From assembly GCA_041161475.1 (NCBI GenBank), contig JBEAUL010000075.1, positions 1-55,005 on the forward strand: a DNA stretch of 55,005 nucleotides. The letters are read 5' to 3'. Below, piece by piece: positions 1 to 11,059 of the stretch. A program made the translations under genes and the position numbers. Below the pieces are notes generated by a model, which was not told where the DNA came from, ran no database searches, and worked only from the letters and a program-made list of their open reading frames with translations. Position 1 is the first letter of the stretch. Every line of letters begins with the position of its first letter. This stretch comes from Pseudomonadota bacterium (GTDB taxonomy: Bacteria; Pseudomonadota; Gammaproteobacteria; UBA6186; Azoamicaceae).

Positions 1-2
1 CA

Positions 3-143
3 TATGGGGAATTAGATAAAAGAACGCTGGATAAATGTGAACAAAGAGATATGTCCGATCCCCATAAACAAACACCTAAAGCACCGAACAGTGCAGATAG
101 AATTGACGCGGATGAGAAGAACAGTCCTCCTAGTAGACCCTAG
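3..143 (+). CDS. 3' end of an unidentified plus-strand ORF, open at the window edge (...EKNSPPSRP-stop)
   Basis: Frame 3 is open from the window edge to TAG at 141-143. A small AGACT/AGTCT hairpin plus TTTT follows at about 164-180. Only 46 codons are visible and no family is recognisable. Confidence 0.2.
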   Translation, partial: YGELDKRTLDKCEQRDMSDPHKQTPKAPNSADRIDADEKNSPPSRP

Positions 144-188
144 TAGACCGCCTAACTTGGATACATAACGACAGACTAAGTCAGTCTT

Positions 189-980
189 TTAGAGAGAAAA
201 GTGTTCACCGAGATAGACTTTGCGCACTTGGCTGTCTTGCAAAATATGCGCTGTATTGCCCTCACTGATTACTGTTCCTTGGCTAACAATATACGCTCTG
301 TCGCAAATATCCAGAGTATCTCGCACATTGTGATCGGTCATTAAGATACCGATGCCTTTTTGGCTGAGTAAATGAATGATGTTTTTAATGTCTACAATAG
401 AGATTGGATCGACACCCGCAAAAGGTTCATCTAGTAAAATAAATTTAGGATTGATGGCCAAGGCGCGAGCGATTTCAACGCGTCGACGCTCCCCGCCAGA
501 CAAACTGATCCCCATCATATTTCGAATATGGGTAATGCGAAACTCTTTGAGCAAATCTTCTAGGATAAGCAGTTGTGCGCTTTTATCTAGCTCTTTTCGT
601 GTTTGTAATATGGCTAAAATATTCTCTTCGACCGTCATTTTTCTAAAAATAGAGGCTTCTTGTGGTAAATACCCGATACCCATTTGTGCGCGATGATGGA
701 TTGGGTATTGGGTAATCTCTTGTTGATCAAGCCAAATATGCCCCTTATCCGGCGCGATAATACCTAAAATTAAATAAAAACAGGTGGTTTTTCCTGCACC
801 GTTGGGGCCCAATAACCCGACAATTTCGCCTGCCCGAATATCGATAGAGACGTCTTTTAAAATAGGGCGTTGATGATATGTTTTAGACAAATGCTTTGCC
901 ACTAAATGATGAATAGGGGGGTTAATGGTTTCTGGTTTTTTTTGTTTGGTTGCTCTTTTTTTTAGGGTGGAATGTTTCAT
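189..980 (-). CDS. lptB: LPS export ABC transporter ATP-binding protein LptB
   Basis: Walker [13 protein letters not shown] signature LSGGERRR and Walker [10 protein letters not shown] are present. The ORF is colinear with LptB and follows lptC-lptA. It has about 20 extra basic N-terminal residues compared with E. coli. Confidence 0.9.
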   Translation of the reverse strand: MKHSTLKKRATKQKKPETINPPIHHLVAKHLSKTYHQRPILKDVSIDIRAGEIVGLLGPNGAGKTTCFYLILGIIAPDKGHIWLDQQEITQYPIHHRAQMGIGYLPQEASIFRKMTVEENILAILQTRKELDKSAQLLILEDLLKEFRITHIRNMMGISLSGGERRRVEIARALAINPKFILLDEPFAGVDPISIVDIKNIIHLLSQKGIGILMTDHNVRDTLDICDRAYIVSQGTVISEGNTAHILQDSQVRKVYLGEHFSL

Positions 981-984
981 GGTG

Positions 985-1554
985 CTAAGAATTGCCTGTT
1001 TCTGTTGTTTCTTGTTGTGGGCCTAAATCAGTTGTTTGTGTCACAGGACGGGGTGGGATGACCACAGTTGTCCGTTTGTTTTGCGTAAATTCAGCGATTA
1101 ATTTTTTATTTGCCAAAAAATAAATTAAGTGGTTGCCTTCTACACGATGATTGTCTTGCATCACGCGTGCATTTTGTTGCAAGTATAGGGTTTGTTTTTC
1201 GGGATAAAAAATCAGCGTTTCCGCGACCGCGTCTAGCATGGGTTTTTCGTGTTCTAACTGTGTTTTAAAATGGGCAGGGTGTCCAATAGCCGTAATCTTT
1301 TCAATTTTATTGGTTGCGTTACGTTCAATAATCAAGGTTTCAGCAGCTAAGTGACGGCTCCCTTGTTCCATTAGTACATGCCCAAAATGTCTGGCTGTAC
1401 CCAGTTTATCATCAAACTCAGCGGTATCAGAACTGATGTGAATAGGATGATTGGCATCATCAGGGAGTCCAAGCGCAGAGGCTGAAAAAAAAACAGGAAG
1501 CGATACCAATAGAAAAGACCATTTAATGACTTGTGTAGTATGTTTTAACATCAT
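985..1554 (-). CDS. lptA: LPS transport periplasmic protein LptA
   Basis: A signal-peptide-like N-terminus (...[11 protein letters not shown]) is followed by OstA/LptA-like sequence, and the gene lies between lptC and lptB. I trimmed the start to the tandem Met codons at 1554/1551; the ORF track starts at 1599. Confidence 0.75.
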   Translation of the reverse strand: MMLKHTTQVIKWSFLLVSLPVFFSASALGLPDDANHPIHISSDTAEFDDKLGTARHFGHVLMEQGSRHLAAETLIIERNATNKIEKITAIGHPAHFKTQLEHEKPMLDAVAETLIFYPEKQTLYLQQNARVMQDNHRVEGNHLIYFLANKKLIAEFTQNKRTTVVIPPRPVTQTTDLGPQQETTETGNS

Positions 1555-2140
1555 GTAACAACTCAACCCAGTTATTGTCGAGAAAAGCACGTAGCCCAAT
1601 GCCGGTGATTGTAAGCGCTGGTTTAGTCATTTTAACGAACTGCGCTGTTTCAGCATATTGCTTTTCGGGTTGATAGTCCAGTGATTGTGTTTCTACAGTG
1701 ACCTTGCCTTCTTGATTCGTTGTTTTACGCTGCGTACTTTGCAAAACCACATTCTGGGAAAGCGCGATAGATTGTATTGCACCGATATTCGGTTGCGTCA
1801 CTTTAGCGCGTTGTGCCACGATTTCCCACACCGTATCGTTTGGTTTGTAAACAACCAGTTTGGGTTTATGTAAAATAGAGTGCTCGGTATCTGGGGAATA
1901 AGCCCAATAATCTGCAGATAAGGCATTTTTGATATCACCTTGGGCATCAAAGATAGTGAGTTCAACTGTTTTCATGTATTCTTGCGGTAAAGCCGTTGCC
2001 CTAGAAAGAGGCATTGCATCTGTGATATGGCTATGTCGTAGCAAGGCAAGGCTGCTGAGCAATAAGCACAACAGTAAGATCATGCGCTGGTTGGTAGACC
2101 GTTGCGTTAACCATTGTGTGACGTTATGCCAGGACATCAA
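1523..2140 (-). CDS. lptC: LPS export system protein LptC
   Basis: There is one N-terminal membrane anchor (RMILLLCLLLSSLALL). The roughly 200-aa size and the position between kdsC and lptA match the conserved kdsD-kdsC-lptC-lptA-lptB order. Confidence 0.7.
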   Translation of the reverse strand: MMSWHNVTQWLTQRSTNQRMILLLCLLLSSLALLRHSHITDAMPLSRATALPQEYMKTVELTIFDAQGDIKNALSADYWAYSPDTEHSILHKPKLVVYKPNDTVWEIVAQRAKVTQPNIGAIQSIALSQNVVLQSTQRKTTNQEGKVTVETQSLDYQPEKQYAETAQFVKMTKPALTITGIGLRAFLDNNWVELLHDVKTYYTSH

Positions 2141-2642
2141 TATTTTTTGCCTTAAAAATTAAATCAACCAGTTCTCTAAAAGCACCTTGTCCGCCAGCAG
2201 ATTGGGTTACCCAATCGGTGAATTGCGTAATGTGCGTATTGCCATCGGCTGGGGAGGCAGATAGCCCTACCCGCTTTAAAATAGGTAAATCGGGTATATC
2301 GTCTCCTATATAAGCGACCTGTTCGTCACTTAACTTTAGGGTTTTCAGTAAGGTCTCATAGGCTGGTACTTTATCAGACAGGCCTTGATACACATGTTCT
2401 ACTCCCAATTCGCGCATACGGTGCATGACGGCAGGATTTTTACGACCGGTTAATACCCCTACAGGGATATGGTATTTGAGCAGTAATCGAATACCAAAAC
2501 CGTCTTGGATGTTAAATCCGGTGAAAGTCTCGCCTTGATTGGTATAGTACACTTGTCCATTGGTTAATACGCCGTCGATATCGGTGATAACCAGCGCGAT
2601 AGCAGCGGCTTTTTTTAGCAAAGTATCTTGAGAATGGGGCAT
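2124..2642 (-). CDS. kdsC: 3-deoxy-D-manno-octulosonate 8-phosphate phosphatase KdsC
   Basis: HAD motifs ITDIDGVLT and YIGDDIPDL are present. The 172-aa size and the position after kdsD fit KdsC. Confidence 0.85.
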   Translation of the reverse strand: MPHSQDTLLKKAAAIALVITDIDGVLTNGQVYYTNQGETFTGFNIQDGFGIRLLLKYHIPVGVLTGRKNPAVMHRMRELGVEHVYQGLSDKVPAYETLLKTLKLSDEQVAYIGDDIPDLPILKRVGLSASPADGNTHITQFTDWVTQSAGGQGAFRELVDLIFKAKNIDVLA

Positions 2643-2644
2643 GG

Positions 2645-3667
2645 CTATAAAATACCTGATTGAAGTAGGTCATGTAAGTTTAAGGCACCAACCAGTTCGT
2701 GATGGTGATCTAAAACCGGTAAAGCATTAATTCGATATTGTTCCATTAAGTGTAAGGCTTCTGTGGCAAGCTGATCGACTTGAATGCTGGTGTAGCTTGG
2801 ACGTAAGACAGACGCTATGATGGTTTTATATACGTCAGATTTATTTTCTAAGGCGCGCCGCAAATCGCCATCGGTAAAAATACCGATTAATTTTTTGGGA
2901 TTATGTGGGGAGACCACCAGCGTCATCCCCAGTCGCGCACGGGTCATTTCTAATAATGCCTCACCAATGGTTTGTGAAGGAAGAACAGTAGGGATATTTT
3001 CCCCTGTGTGCATTAAATCGCTGATGCGCAGCAACAACCGACGTCCTAAGCGACCCCCGGGATGCGAGTAAGCAAAATCTTCTTGTGTAAAGCCCCTTAG
3101 CTCTAGTAAAGCCAAGGCGAGGGCATCTCCTAAGGCTAAGCTGGTGGTTGTGCTGGTGGTTGGCGCTAATCCCAGTGGGCAGGCTTCTTTGGTCACACCA
3201 ATGTCCAAGGTAATATCAGCGTGATTTGCCAAGGTAGAGTTTGCATTACCTGTGATCAACGTCATGTGAATGCCCATGCGTTTTAACAAAGGCAATAAGG
3301 TAATGATTTCGGGCGTTTCTCCTGAGTTAGACAAGACAAGCAAGGTATCCTGTGGTGTAATCAGCCCAAAATCGCCATGTGCGGCTTCGGCGGGATGAAT
3401 AAAAAAAGCGGGCGTTCCCGTACTAGAGAAAGTGGCGGCCATTTTTTTGCCGATATGACCAGATTTACCCATTCCCATGACCAACACACGACCTTGGCAA
3501 GCGAATAGGGCCTGGCAGGCGAGTACAAACTGTTGGTCGAGTTTTTCTGCTAAATGGACAATCGCCCTGGCTTCGGTGCGCAACACATCGATGCCTTGGC
3601 TTAAAAGGCGTGTATGAACTGTCGCAGGTTTGACAGAGGCTTGTGTGGGGGTTGGTTGTTGAATCAT
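2645..3667 (-). CDS. kdsD: arabinose-5-phosphate isomerase KdsD (SIS plus tandem CBS)
   Basis: The SIS-domain motif VMGMGKSGHIGKK is followed by a C-terminal CBS pair. The ORF is full-length colinear with KdsD/GutQ. Confidence 0.9.
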   Translation of the reverse strand: MIQQPTPTQASVKPATVHTRLLSQGIDVLRTEARAIVHLAEKLDQQFVLACQALFACQGRVLVMGMGKSGHIGKKMAATFSSTGTPAFFIHPAEAAHGDFGLITPQDTLLVLSNSGETPEIITLLPLLKRMGIHMTLITGNANSTLANHADITLDIGVTKEACPLGLAPTTSTTTSLALGDALALALLELRGFTQEDFAYSHPGGRLGRRLLLRISDLMHTGENIPTVLPSQTIGEALLEMTRARLGMTLVVSPHNPKKLIGIFTDGDLRRALENKSDVYKTIIASVLRPSYTSIQVDQLATEALHLMEQYRINALPVLDHHHELVGALNLHDLLQSGIL

Positions 3668-3926
3668 GGCGTTTTCTACCGTGGGTCCAATGACATCCAG
3701 TATACGGTGTTTGTATCATGCCGTAAAGGCAGCACTTCAGGGTTGAATTTGACTTTTTAGCAATTTAACTTTATAAAGTAAGAAACCCTGCTTAAGTGTA
3801 TACGCGCCTAAAATCTGAAAAGCAAGGGCATAAGTTTGATAAACTGTCGCCATATGCAGGCGCATACGACAAGATTGAAGATAAATGATAAATAATGTTA
3901 GCTAAATAAGTAATAGAGAGTAGAAC

Positions 3927-5669
3927 ATGACGTATAACCGGCCCCTCTATTTTTTAAGTTGGCGTTTCTACGTGATTCTCACGGGTTTGATTCTATTGCT
4001 GGGGCTGATTATTTGGCGTACAACCATGTTACAAGTCATACAGCCTGATTTTTTGCGCCAACAAGGCAATTTACGCGTGATTCGAACCGTAAAATTACCT
4101 GCCAGTCGCGGTATGATTGTCGACCGACACGGTGAACCCTTTGCAATCAGTCGTCTTGTTAAATCAATCTGGATAAATCCCAAAGAAGTTGATATTTCTG
4201 AACCAAAGTGGCATATATTAAGTCGCGTAACGGATATTCCGTTTGACAGCATTCGTCATAAACTCTTAACGAGACAAGACAAAGAATTTGTGTACCTAAA
4301 AAGGCATGTGCTTCCCGAGATCAGTGAACAAGTGGCTGCCTTACAGTTAAGCGGTGTGTATCTACAGTCGGAATATCGTCGTTATTATCCGCATGGGGAA
4401 GAAAGTGCCCATGTGTTGGGATTTACGAACATTGATGATCGTGGACAAGAAGGCATTGAATTGGCTTTTAACCAGGTGTTGGCTGGTAAAGACGGCTTAC
4501 AACGGGTGATGCGAGACAGAAGGGGGCGACTGGTAGAGCAAGTGGATGAACTGGAACCCATGCAACCCGGTCAAGATTGCCAGTTAAGTTTAGATCACCG
4601 TATACAGTATCTTGCGCATAAAGTCCTCAAACAAGGTGTCGAAAAACATCAAGCCGAAGCCGGCAGTATTGTTGTATTGGATGTTGAAACAGGGGAAGTG
4701 ATTGCGATGGCCAATCAGCCCAGTTTCGATCCAAATATGACGCGCGTGCGCAGTGAGTCGGATGGTCGGTATCGCAATCGAGCCGCTACAGATGCTTTTG
4801 AGCCAGGCTCTGTGTTAAAGACCTTTAGTGTCGCCCATGCCTTGCTCAGTGGATTATTTGCGCCAGAGACCCAAATAGACACAGCCCCAGGTTGGCTAAA
4901 AATAGGGGGACATATCGTCAGAGAAGACAATCATAAAAATTTTGGTGCAATTGATATCGCCACGATCGTCAAAAAATCAAGTAACATTGGGGTGAGTAAA
5001 CTGGCGTTGGCATTACCGGCTGAACAGTTGTGGCAATTTTACGCAAAAATGGGGTTTGGACAAACAACAGGCAGTGGTTTTCCGGGTGAAAGTGCCGGTA
5101 CCATTGGCGATCATTATCCTCAAAATCCCTTTGTCTTAGCAACGATGGCATTCGGTTATGGGGTTACGGTAACGCCCTTGCAATTGGCCCAAGCCTATGC
5201 TGCTTTGGGATCTGGAGGCATTAAGCGTCCGGTTAGTTTTATCAAACGTACGCAACAACCCGTGGGTGTGCGTGTGATAAGTAGAGACGTTGCGAAACAA
5301 ATGCTGGATATTTTAACGCAAACCGCAGAGCCAATAACGCAAGTGAAGGGGATGCAATCTGGATATCGTTTTGCAGGAAAAACCGGCACAGCGCGAAAAG
5401 TGGGTAAACAAGGTTATCAGGCAGACAATCATGTGGCGGTCTTTGCAGGGTTAGCGCCCGCAGATCGTCCCCGTTTTGCCATTGTGGTCATGATTGATGG
5501 GCCAAAAGTAGGGGGATATTATGGTGGACAAGTCGCAGCGCCATTGTTTACCCAAGTTGCTACACAAACACTGCGCGTATATCAAGTGCCGCCTTCATTG
5601 CAAAACAGTGTGCCAAAAATCGAGACCCTTAAAATGGCGCAAAAAAAAATAAAAGGGAAAAATCAATAA
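3927..5669 (+). CDS. ftsI: peptidoglycan D,D-transpeptidase FtsI (PBP3)
   Basis: An N-terminal TM anchor is followed by the penicillin-binding motifs SxxK (GSVLK), SSN (KKSSNIG) and KTG (AGKTGTA). murE follows. Confidence 0.9.
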   Translation: MTYNRPLYFLSWRFYVILTGLILLLGLIIWRTTMLQVIQPDFLRQQGNLRVIRTVKLPASRGMIVDRHGEPFAISRLVKSIWINPKEVDISEPKWHILSRVTDIPFDSIRHKLLTRQDKEFVYLKRHVLPEISEQVAALQLSGVYLQSEYRRYYPHGEESAHVLGFTNIDDRGQEGIELAFNQVLAGKDGLQRVMRDRRGRLVEQVDELEPMQPGQDCQLSLDHRIQYLAHKVLKQGVEKHQAEAGSIVVLDVETGEVIAMANQPSFDPNMTRVRSESDGRYRNRAATDAFEPGSVLKTFSVAHALLSGLFAPETQIDTAPGWLKIGGHIVREDNHKNFGAIDIATIVKKSSNIGVSKLALALPAEQLWQFYAKMGFGQTTGSGFPGESAGTIGDHYPQNPFVLATMAFGYGVTVTPLQLAQAYAALGSGGIKRPVSFIKRTQQPVGVRVISRDVAKQMLDILTQTAEPITQVKGMQSGYRFAGKTGTARKVGKQGYQADNHVAVFAGLAPADRPRFAIVVMIDGPKVGGYYGGQVAAPLFTQVATQTLRVYQVPPSLQNSVPKIETLKMAQKKIKGKNQ

Positions 5670-5670
5670 G

Positions 5671-7167
5671 ATGAGTAACGTGCTTGACTGGTTGGACACT
5701 TTGGCACTCACACCAACGGCAGAATGTCATTTAGACAGCCGATCTGTCTCTAAAGGAGATGTATTCGTTGCTTTGCAAGGGGAGCGAGTACGGGGCCAAG
5801 ATTTTATTCTGGATGCCATTCAACGGGGAGCAGTTGCTGTTTTGACAGAAGGACCACTAGACGATCCCGGCATAGTGCCAGCCGGAGTGTCTATTTTTCA
5901 AGAAAAGCGGTTAAGAGAAAAATTAGCTGAGATTGCCCTATTTTTTTATGGCAATCCTGCGAAACGTCTTTCTATTTGCGGCATTACTGGTACAAATGGG
6001 AAAACCTCAGTCGCCTATACGATTGCCCAACTGTGGAGTGCACAGCCTCAACAAACAGGCGCCATGATTGGTACAATAGGGGTAGGGCTAGTTGATCGAT
6101 TGTCAGAAAACACCTTAACAACGCCAGATATTTTATCCGTGTACCGACATTTAAAAGCCTGTGCCGATCAAGGGGCGACACAAGTGGCGATAGAAGCCTC
6201 TTCTCATGCCTTAATGCAAGGGAGAATCGCAGGATTATCGTTTGAAAGTGTGGTGTTTACCAATTTGACACAAGATCACCTCGATTACCATCAAACGATG
6301 GAGGCTTATTGGGCTGCAAAACGCAGACTCTTGACAGATTACCCCACAAACTATCGTGTGATTAATTTGGATGATCCCTATGGATTGGCTTTCTGCGAAG
6401 CGTGCCGTTTGGGCAATACTGCGTTACCTAAAGACACGCCATTGCTGGGGTACACGTGCAATGCCACAATGGTGAATCGCCTACCCAAGATACTTGCTAT
6501 TTGGGTAAGCGATATCACTCGTTCAGCGTATGGTATTACTTGTGTTTGCCATTCTCCTTGGGGAAAAGGAACCTTGAAAATCAGTGGGATTGGCGATTTT
6601 CAGTTAAGCAATGCCTTGGCTGCCGTTGGTGTACTGTGCAGTCAAGGTGCTGATTTTCACGCTGTGCTAAAGACTTTGCCTATGATTAAGCCAGTCCCAG
6701 GGCGTTTAAACAAGTTGGGTGGCACCGATCGCCTACCCACTGTGATGGTTGACTTTGCTCATACACCCGATGCATTGGCCAAAGCACTGCAGGCACTGCG
6801 CCCTTATTGTGCAGGAAAGTTGACCGTGGTGTTTGGCTGTGGCGGGGAACGAGATAAAACCAAGCGCCCATTAATGCTAAGAGAAGCCCTTCAATATGCG
6901 GACACTGTTTTTATTACCGCAGACAATCCCAGAAGTGAGCCACCTGAACAAATTGTTGCAGATATGTTGCAGGCTACACCCAATCAAGCGAGAATAACGA
7001 TAGAACTCAATCGCCGTTTGGCCATTGAGCAAGCCATCGCCAATGCCGGTCCTAAAGACATGGTATTATTAGCAGGTAAGGGGCATGAGATGACTCAGGT
7101 GATCGGAACAGAGCACCAGCCCTTTAGCGATATTGCGGTGGCGCAAGAAGTATTGTCAAAAGCTTAG
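5671..7167 (+). CDS. murE: UDP-N-acetylmuramoyl-L-alanyl-D-glutamate--2,6-diaminopimelate ligase MurE
   Basis: Mur ligase P-loop GITGTNGKTS and C-terminal ITADNPRSE are present. The gene occupies the dcw position. Confidence 0.9.
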   Translation: MSNVLDWLDTLALTPTAECHLDSRSVSKGDVFVALQGERVRGQDFILDAIQRGAVAVLTEGPLDDPGIVPAGVSIFQEKRLREKLAEIALFFYGNPAKRLSICGITGTNGKTSVAYTIAQLWSAQPQQTGAMIGTIGVGLVDRLSENTLTTPDILSVYRHLKACADQGATQVAIEASSHALMQGRIAGLSFESVVFTNLTQDHLDYHQTMEAYWAAKRRLLTDYPTNYRVINLDDPYGLAFCEACRLGNTALPKDTPLLGYTCNATMVNRLPKILAIWVSDITRSAYGITCVCHSPWGKGTLKISGIGDFQLSNALAAVGVLCSQGADFHAVLKTLPMIKPVPGRLNKLGGTDRLPTVMVDFAHTPDALAKALQALRPYCAGKLTVVFGCGGERDKTKRPLMLREALQYADTVFITADNPRSEPPEQIVADMLQATPNQARITIELNRRLAIEQAIANAGPKDMVLLAGKGHEMTQVIGTEHQPFSDIAVAQEVLSKA

Positions 7168-7185
7168 CAATCACAGGATTTTTTT

Positions 7186-8550
7186 ATGTCTTTTACATTG
7201 GCGCAAGCAGCCGAATGGTTATCTTTACCTTATCCTATATCGGCAGAAGAAAACCTAATCATACAAGGGGTCAGCATCGATACGCGTACCCTGCAAAAAG
7301 GCGATTTATTTGTTGCCCTAAAAGGCAACACAGTGGACGGTCATGCCTGTATTTCAGAGGCTGTAGCCAAAGGTGCTGTTGCTGTGTTGGTGGAAAAAGC
7401 AGTAGACACGACTCTGCCTGTCTTACAAGTAGACAATACCCAATTGGCTTTGGGGAAATTGTCTGCAGCCTATCGAGCACAGTTTACTTTACCCGTGATT
7501 GGCTTAACGGGTAGCGTTGGTAAGACCACAGTTAAAGAGTTGTTGGTTCATCTACTGGGTCAAACACAGTCTGTCTTATATTCCATCGGGAATCAAAATA
7601 ACGAGATTGGTGTACCCTTAACCTTATTACGTTTATCCAAGCAACATCAAGTCGCTGTGATAGAGATGGGGGCCCGTCAGGTGGGAGATATTGCTTATTT
7701 GGCTCAGTTGGCAAAACCAACGCTAGGGTTAATCACCAATATTGGTGTGGCGCATATCGAAATATTTGGCAGCGTTGAAAAAATTGCACAAGGCAAAACA
7801 GAATTGTTTGCTGCCCTACCAGACAATGGGACCTTGGTTGTCTCGATGGACGACATTTATCTGGCCCCCTTTGCAGCTCGTAGGGTACGGGAACAAACTT
7901 GTATACAGGTTCGCTTTGACAGCCCTGGTACAGCAGATTTTTCAGCAAAGAACGTGCGCTGTTTCCCCAATGCAACCACATTCAACTTGGTAACGCCACA
8001 GGGAGACTATCCCGTTCATCTCAATTTACCAGGAAGACACAATGTCGGAAATGCGTTACTGGCAGCCGCGGCCGCTTATGCGGTGGGTTTATCTGCTGAA
8101 ATAATACAACAAGGGTTGAATCGTTTCGAGCCACCAACCAATGGGCGTTTAACGGTCAAAAAGGCCAAAGAGGGCGCCGTGGTGATTGATGATACCTACA
8201 ATGCCAATCCCGTATCCGTGCAAGCGGCTTTAACCGTATTAGCTCAGTATCCAGGGAAACAGATTTTGGTGATGGGAGACATGTTAGAGTTAGGAGACAC
8301 TGCCGTAGAACAGCATCAATTGATTGGCACACAGGCCCGATCTTTGGGTGTGCATGCCTTGCTGGGATTGGGCCCTTTAAGTGAACATGCGGTGGCAGCA
8401 TTTGGTGAAAATGGACAACATTTCGAGACAGTTGATGCCTTATCAGAAAGATTACAGGGATTGTTAAAGCACTATCAAAAAGAAGCCGTCATACTGGTAA
8501 AAGGATCGCGTGGCATGAAAATGGAAAAGGTGGTAGCAGCTATATGTTAG
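7186..8550 (+). CDS. murF: UDP-N-acetylmuramoyl-tripeptide--D-alanyl-D-alanine ligase MurF
   Basis: P-loop [10 protein letters not shown] and motif DDTYNANP are present. The gene occupies the dcw position. Confidence 0.9.
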   Translation: MSFTLAQAAEWLSLPYPISAEENLIIQGVSIDTRTLQKGDLFVALKGNTVDGHACISEAVAKGAVAVLVEKAVDTTLPVLQVDNTQLALGKLSAAYRAQFTLPVIGLTGSVGKTTVKELLVHLLGQTQSVLYSIGNQNNEIGVPLTLLRLSKQHQVAVIEMGARQVGDIAYLAQLAKPTLGLITNIGVAHIEIFGSVEKIAQGKTELFAALPDNGTLVVSMDDIYLAPFAARRVREQTCIQVRFDSPGTADFSAKNVRCFPNATTFNLVTPQGDYPVHLNLPGRHNVGNALLAAAAAYAVGLSAEIIQQGLNRFEPPTNGRLTVKKAKEGAVVIDDTYNANPVSVQAALTVLAQYPGKQILVMGDMLELGDTAVEQHQLIGTQARSLGVHALLGLGPLSEHAVAAFGENGQHFETVDALSERLQGLLKHYQKEAVILVKGSRGMKMEKVVAAIC

Positions 8551-9626
8551 TGTGGTTATTTAATTATTTAGGGGGTTATTATCGGGCTTTTAACGTCGTT
8601 CAATATATTACCCTTCGTACCGCTTTGGCCATTATTACGGCTTTACTGATCGCCTTGCTGGTTGGGCCTGCGATGATTCGATGGCTATCTCGTTACAAAG
8701 TGGGCCAAGTTGTGCGGACAGATGGTCCACAAGGGCATTTAAGTAAGGCGGGTACCCCCACAATGGGCGGTGCATTAATTCTAGTGTCTGTATTTGGTAC
8801 GACATTGTTGTGGGGAAATTTAAATAATACCTATGTTTGGATAGTCATGGCGGTCACCTTAGGTTTTGGTTGTATTGGTTTTGTAGACGATTATCGAAAA
8901 TTGGTTTTAAAAAATGCTAAAGGGATGCCTGGTCGTTGGAAATATTTTTGGCAATCGGTTTTAGGGCTTATTTTGGCAGTTTATTTATATATGCAGGCGA
9001 CCGATCCGGTGCAAACAGCCCTGTTAATACCCTTTTTTAAACAATGGAGCATCCCTTTAGGGATGGGTTTTATTATACTTACCTACTTCGTTGTGGTGGG
9101 TTGTAGCAATGCCGTCAATTTAACCGATGGACTTGATGGCCTGGCTATTATGCCTACGGTTTTAATTGCCGGTGCATTGGGTATTTTTGCCTATGTAACA
9201 GGACATATTAAATTTGCGGAATATTTGGCAGTGCCTTACATTCCAGGTATTCAAGAGCTGACGGTGGTGTGTGGTTCTCTGGTGGGTGCTGGACTCGGAT
9301 TTTTATGGTTTAACACGTATCCAGCCCAAGTATTTATGGGTGATGTAGGTTCCCTTGGGTTGGGCGCGGCGCTGGGTACGATTGCCGTGTTGGTTCGACA
9401 AGAATTGGTTTTATTTGTGATGGGAGGGGTCTTTGTTATTGAGACTGTATCTGTTATTTTACAAGTGTTGTCCTTTAAATTCACTGGACAACGCATTTTT
9501 AGAATGGCGCCGATTCATCATCACTTTGAACTGAAAGGATGGCCAGAACCACGGGTTATCGTGCGTTTTTGGATTATTACCGTTGTTTTAGTGTTGGTTG
9601 GCTTGTCTACGCTAAAATTACGTTAA
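8544..9626 (+). CDS. mraY: phospho-N-acetylmuramoyl-pentapeptide transferase MraY
   Basis: The protein is polytopic and carries the motifs [13 protein letters not shown] and HHHFE. It overlaps murF by 7 nt. Confidence 0.95.
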   Translation: MLVWLFNYLGGYYRAFNVVQYITLRTALAIITALLIALLVGPAMIRWLSRYKVGQVVRTDGPQGHLSKAGTPTMGGALILVSVFGTTLLWGNLNNTYVWIVMAVTLGFGCIGFVDDYRKLVLKNAKGMPGRWKYFWQSVLGLILAVYLYMQATDPVQTALLIPFFKQWSIPLGMGFIILTYFVVVGCSNAVNLTDGLDGLAIMPTVLIAGALGIFAYVTGHIKFAEYLAVPYIPGIQELTVVCGSLVGAGLGFLWFNTYPAQVFMGDVGSLGLGAALGTIAVLVRQELVLFVMGGVFVIETVSVILQVLSFKFTGQRIFRMAPIHHHFELKGWPEPRVIVRFWIITVVLVLVGLSTLKLR

Positions 9627-9646
9627 GCAAAGGATAAATACATAGC

Positions 9647-11026
9647 ATGGTAACTGTTGTCGTTGGGGCCGGTAAAACAGGATTATCCTGTATCCGATAT
9701 TTTAGGCGTTATCATCCAAGCCTTGCTTTACGTGTATTAGATTCACGTGAACATTGTCCAGGCATTGCCGACATAAAAAAACAGTATCCAGATATCCCGG
9801 TAATGTGTGGTCCTTTTGAGCCAAGGCATTTTGCAGATGCGCAACGCGTTGTTTTAAGCCCTGGTGTGCAACATTGGGCTGAAAAAATAAAAACATGGGT
9901 CGCACCCACTGTGTTGGTAACGGGTGATTTAGATCTGTTTGCTGAAGCCATTGTAGGGCATGGGATTGCAACCATTGGGGTAACCGGTTCTAACGGTAAA
10001 AGCACGGTCACAACCTTAGTTGGTGAAATATTGCGTGCGCAAGGAGAAGACTGTTTAGTTGGCGGTAATTTAGGCACGCCTGCCTTAGATTTACTGCCAG
10101 CACCAGGTGGCCCGTGGCCTCGCATTATTGTGCTCGAATTGTCTAGTTTTCAATTGGCGATTACGCAACAGTTGCCGCTCACGGTTGCCACAATACTCAA
10201 TTTAAGTCCCGATCATATTGATTATCACGGATCGGAAGCAGCGTATGCCGAAGCCAAAAGTCGCATTTTTCGAACAGCGGGTTATGCGGTTGTCAATAGA
10301 GATGCGCCCAATCTGACTCCGTATATTCCCCACGATATTCCCGAGATTCGATTTGGGCTGTCGAGCCCAGAAAAAGCAAGCGATTTTGGTTTAATAATGG
10401 ATGCGACGGGCGATACTTGGTTATGTCAAGGAAAAAAACGATTACTTAACGCCAATATCCTCCCCTTATCGGGAACGCATAATGTGGCGAATGTGTTGGC
10501 AGCGCTTGCCTTGGTTGCACGATTATCCCCCACAGGCCAGATAGAAAATATGGCAGGGGCAGTACATGGCGTGATGGCTTTTAAAGGCTTACCACACCGT
10601 TGTCAATGGGTACGCACTATAAACGGTGTGCCGTGGATTAATGACTCAAAAGGCACCAATGTGGGTGCAACAGAGCAAGCCTTGTACGGTTTGGGAAAGA
10701 GTATTCCAGGCAAATGGATTTTGATTGCCGGAGGAGACGGAAAGGGGGCTGATTTTTCAACTTTATTACCGGTATTACGGCAGTATGTAAAGGCCGTGAT
10801 TTTATTCGGTAAAGACAAAACAATCATGGAATCTGTTTTTAAAACCCTTGTACCTTGCTATCTCTGTGCTACCTTAGAAGAAGCCGTATCTTGTGCCCAT
10901 CGTTTGAGTAAAACCGGAGAAGGTGTATTGCTATCTCCTGCCTGTGCGAGTTTAGATATGTTCATAAATTACGAAGCGCGTGGTCATTTGTTTGTTGAAT
11001 ATGTAGAGGCTTTGCCGGAAAAATAA
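9647..11026 (+). CDS. murD: UDP-N-acetylmuramoylalanine--D-glutamate ligase MurD
   Basis: P-loop GVTGSNGKST and motif NDSKGTN are present. The gene occupies the dcw position. Confidence 0.9.
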   Translation: MVTVVVGAGKTGLSCIRYFRRYHPSLALRVLDSREHCPGIADIKKQYPDIPVMCGPFEPRHFADAQRVVLSPGVQHWAEKIKTWVAPTVLVTGDLDLFAEAIVGHGIATIGVTGSNGKSTVTTLVGEILRAQGEDCLVGGNLGTPALDLLPAPGGPWPRIIVLELSSFQLAITQQLPLTVATILNLSPDHIDYHGSEAAYAEAKSRIFRTAGYAVVNRDAPNLTPYIPHDIPEIRFGLSSPEKASDFGLIMDATGDTWLCQGKKRLLNANILPLSGTHNVANVLAALALVARLSPTGQIENMAGAVHGVMAFKGLPHRCQWVRTINGVPWINDSKGTNVGATEQALYGLGKSIPGKWILIAGGDGKGADFSTLLPVLRQYVKAVILFGKDKTIMESVFKTLVPCYLCATLEEAVSCAHRLSKTGEGVLLSPACASLDMFINYEARGHLFVEYVEALPEK

Positions 11027-11059
11027 TGACTACAAAAAACGCATCAAGGAGGATGTGGC

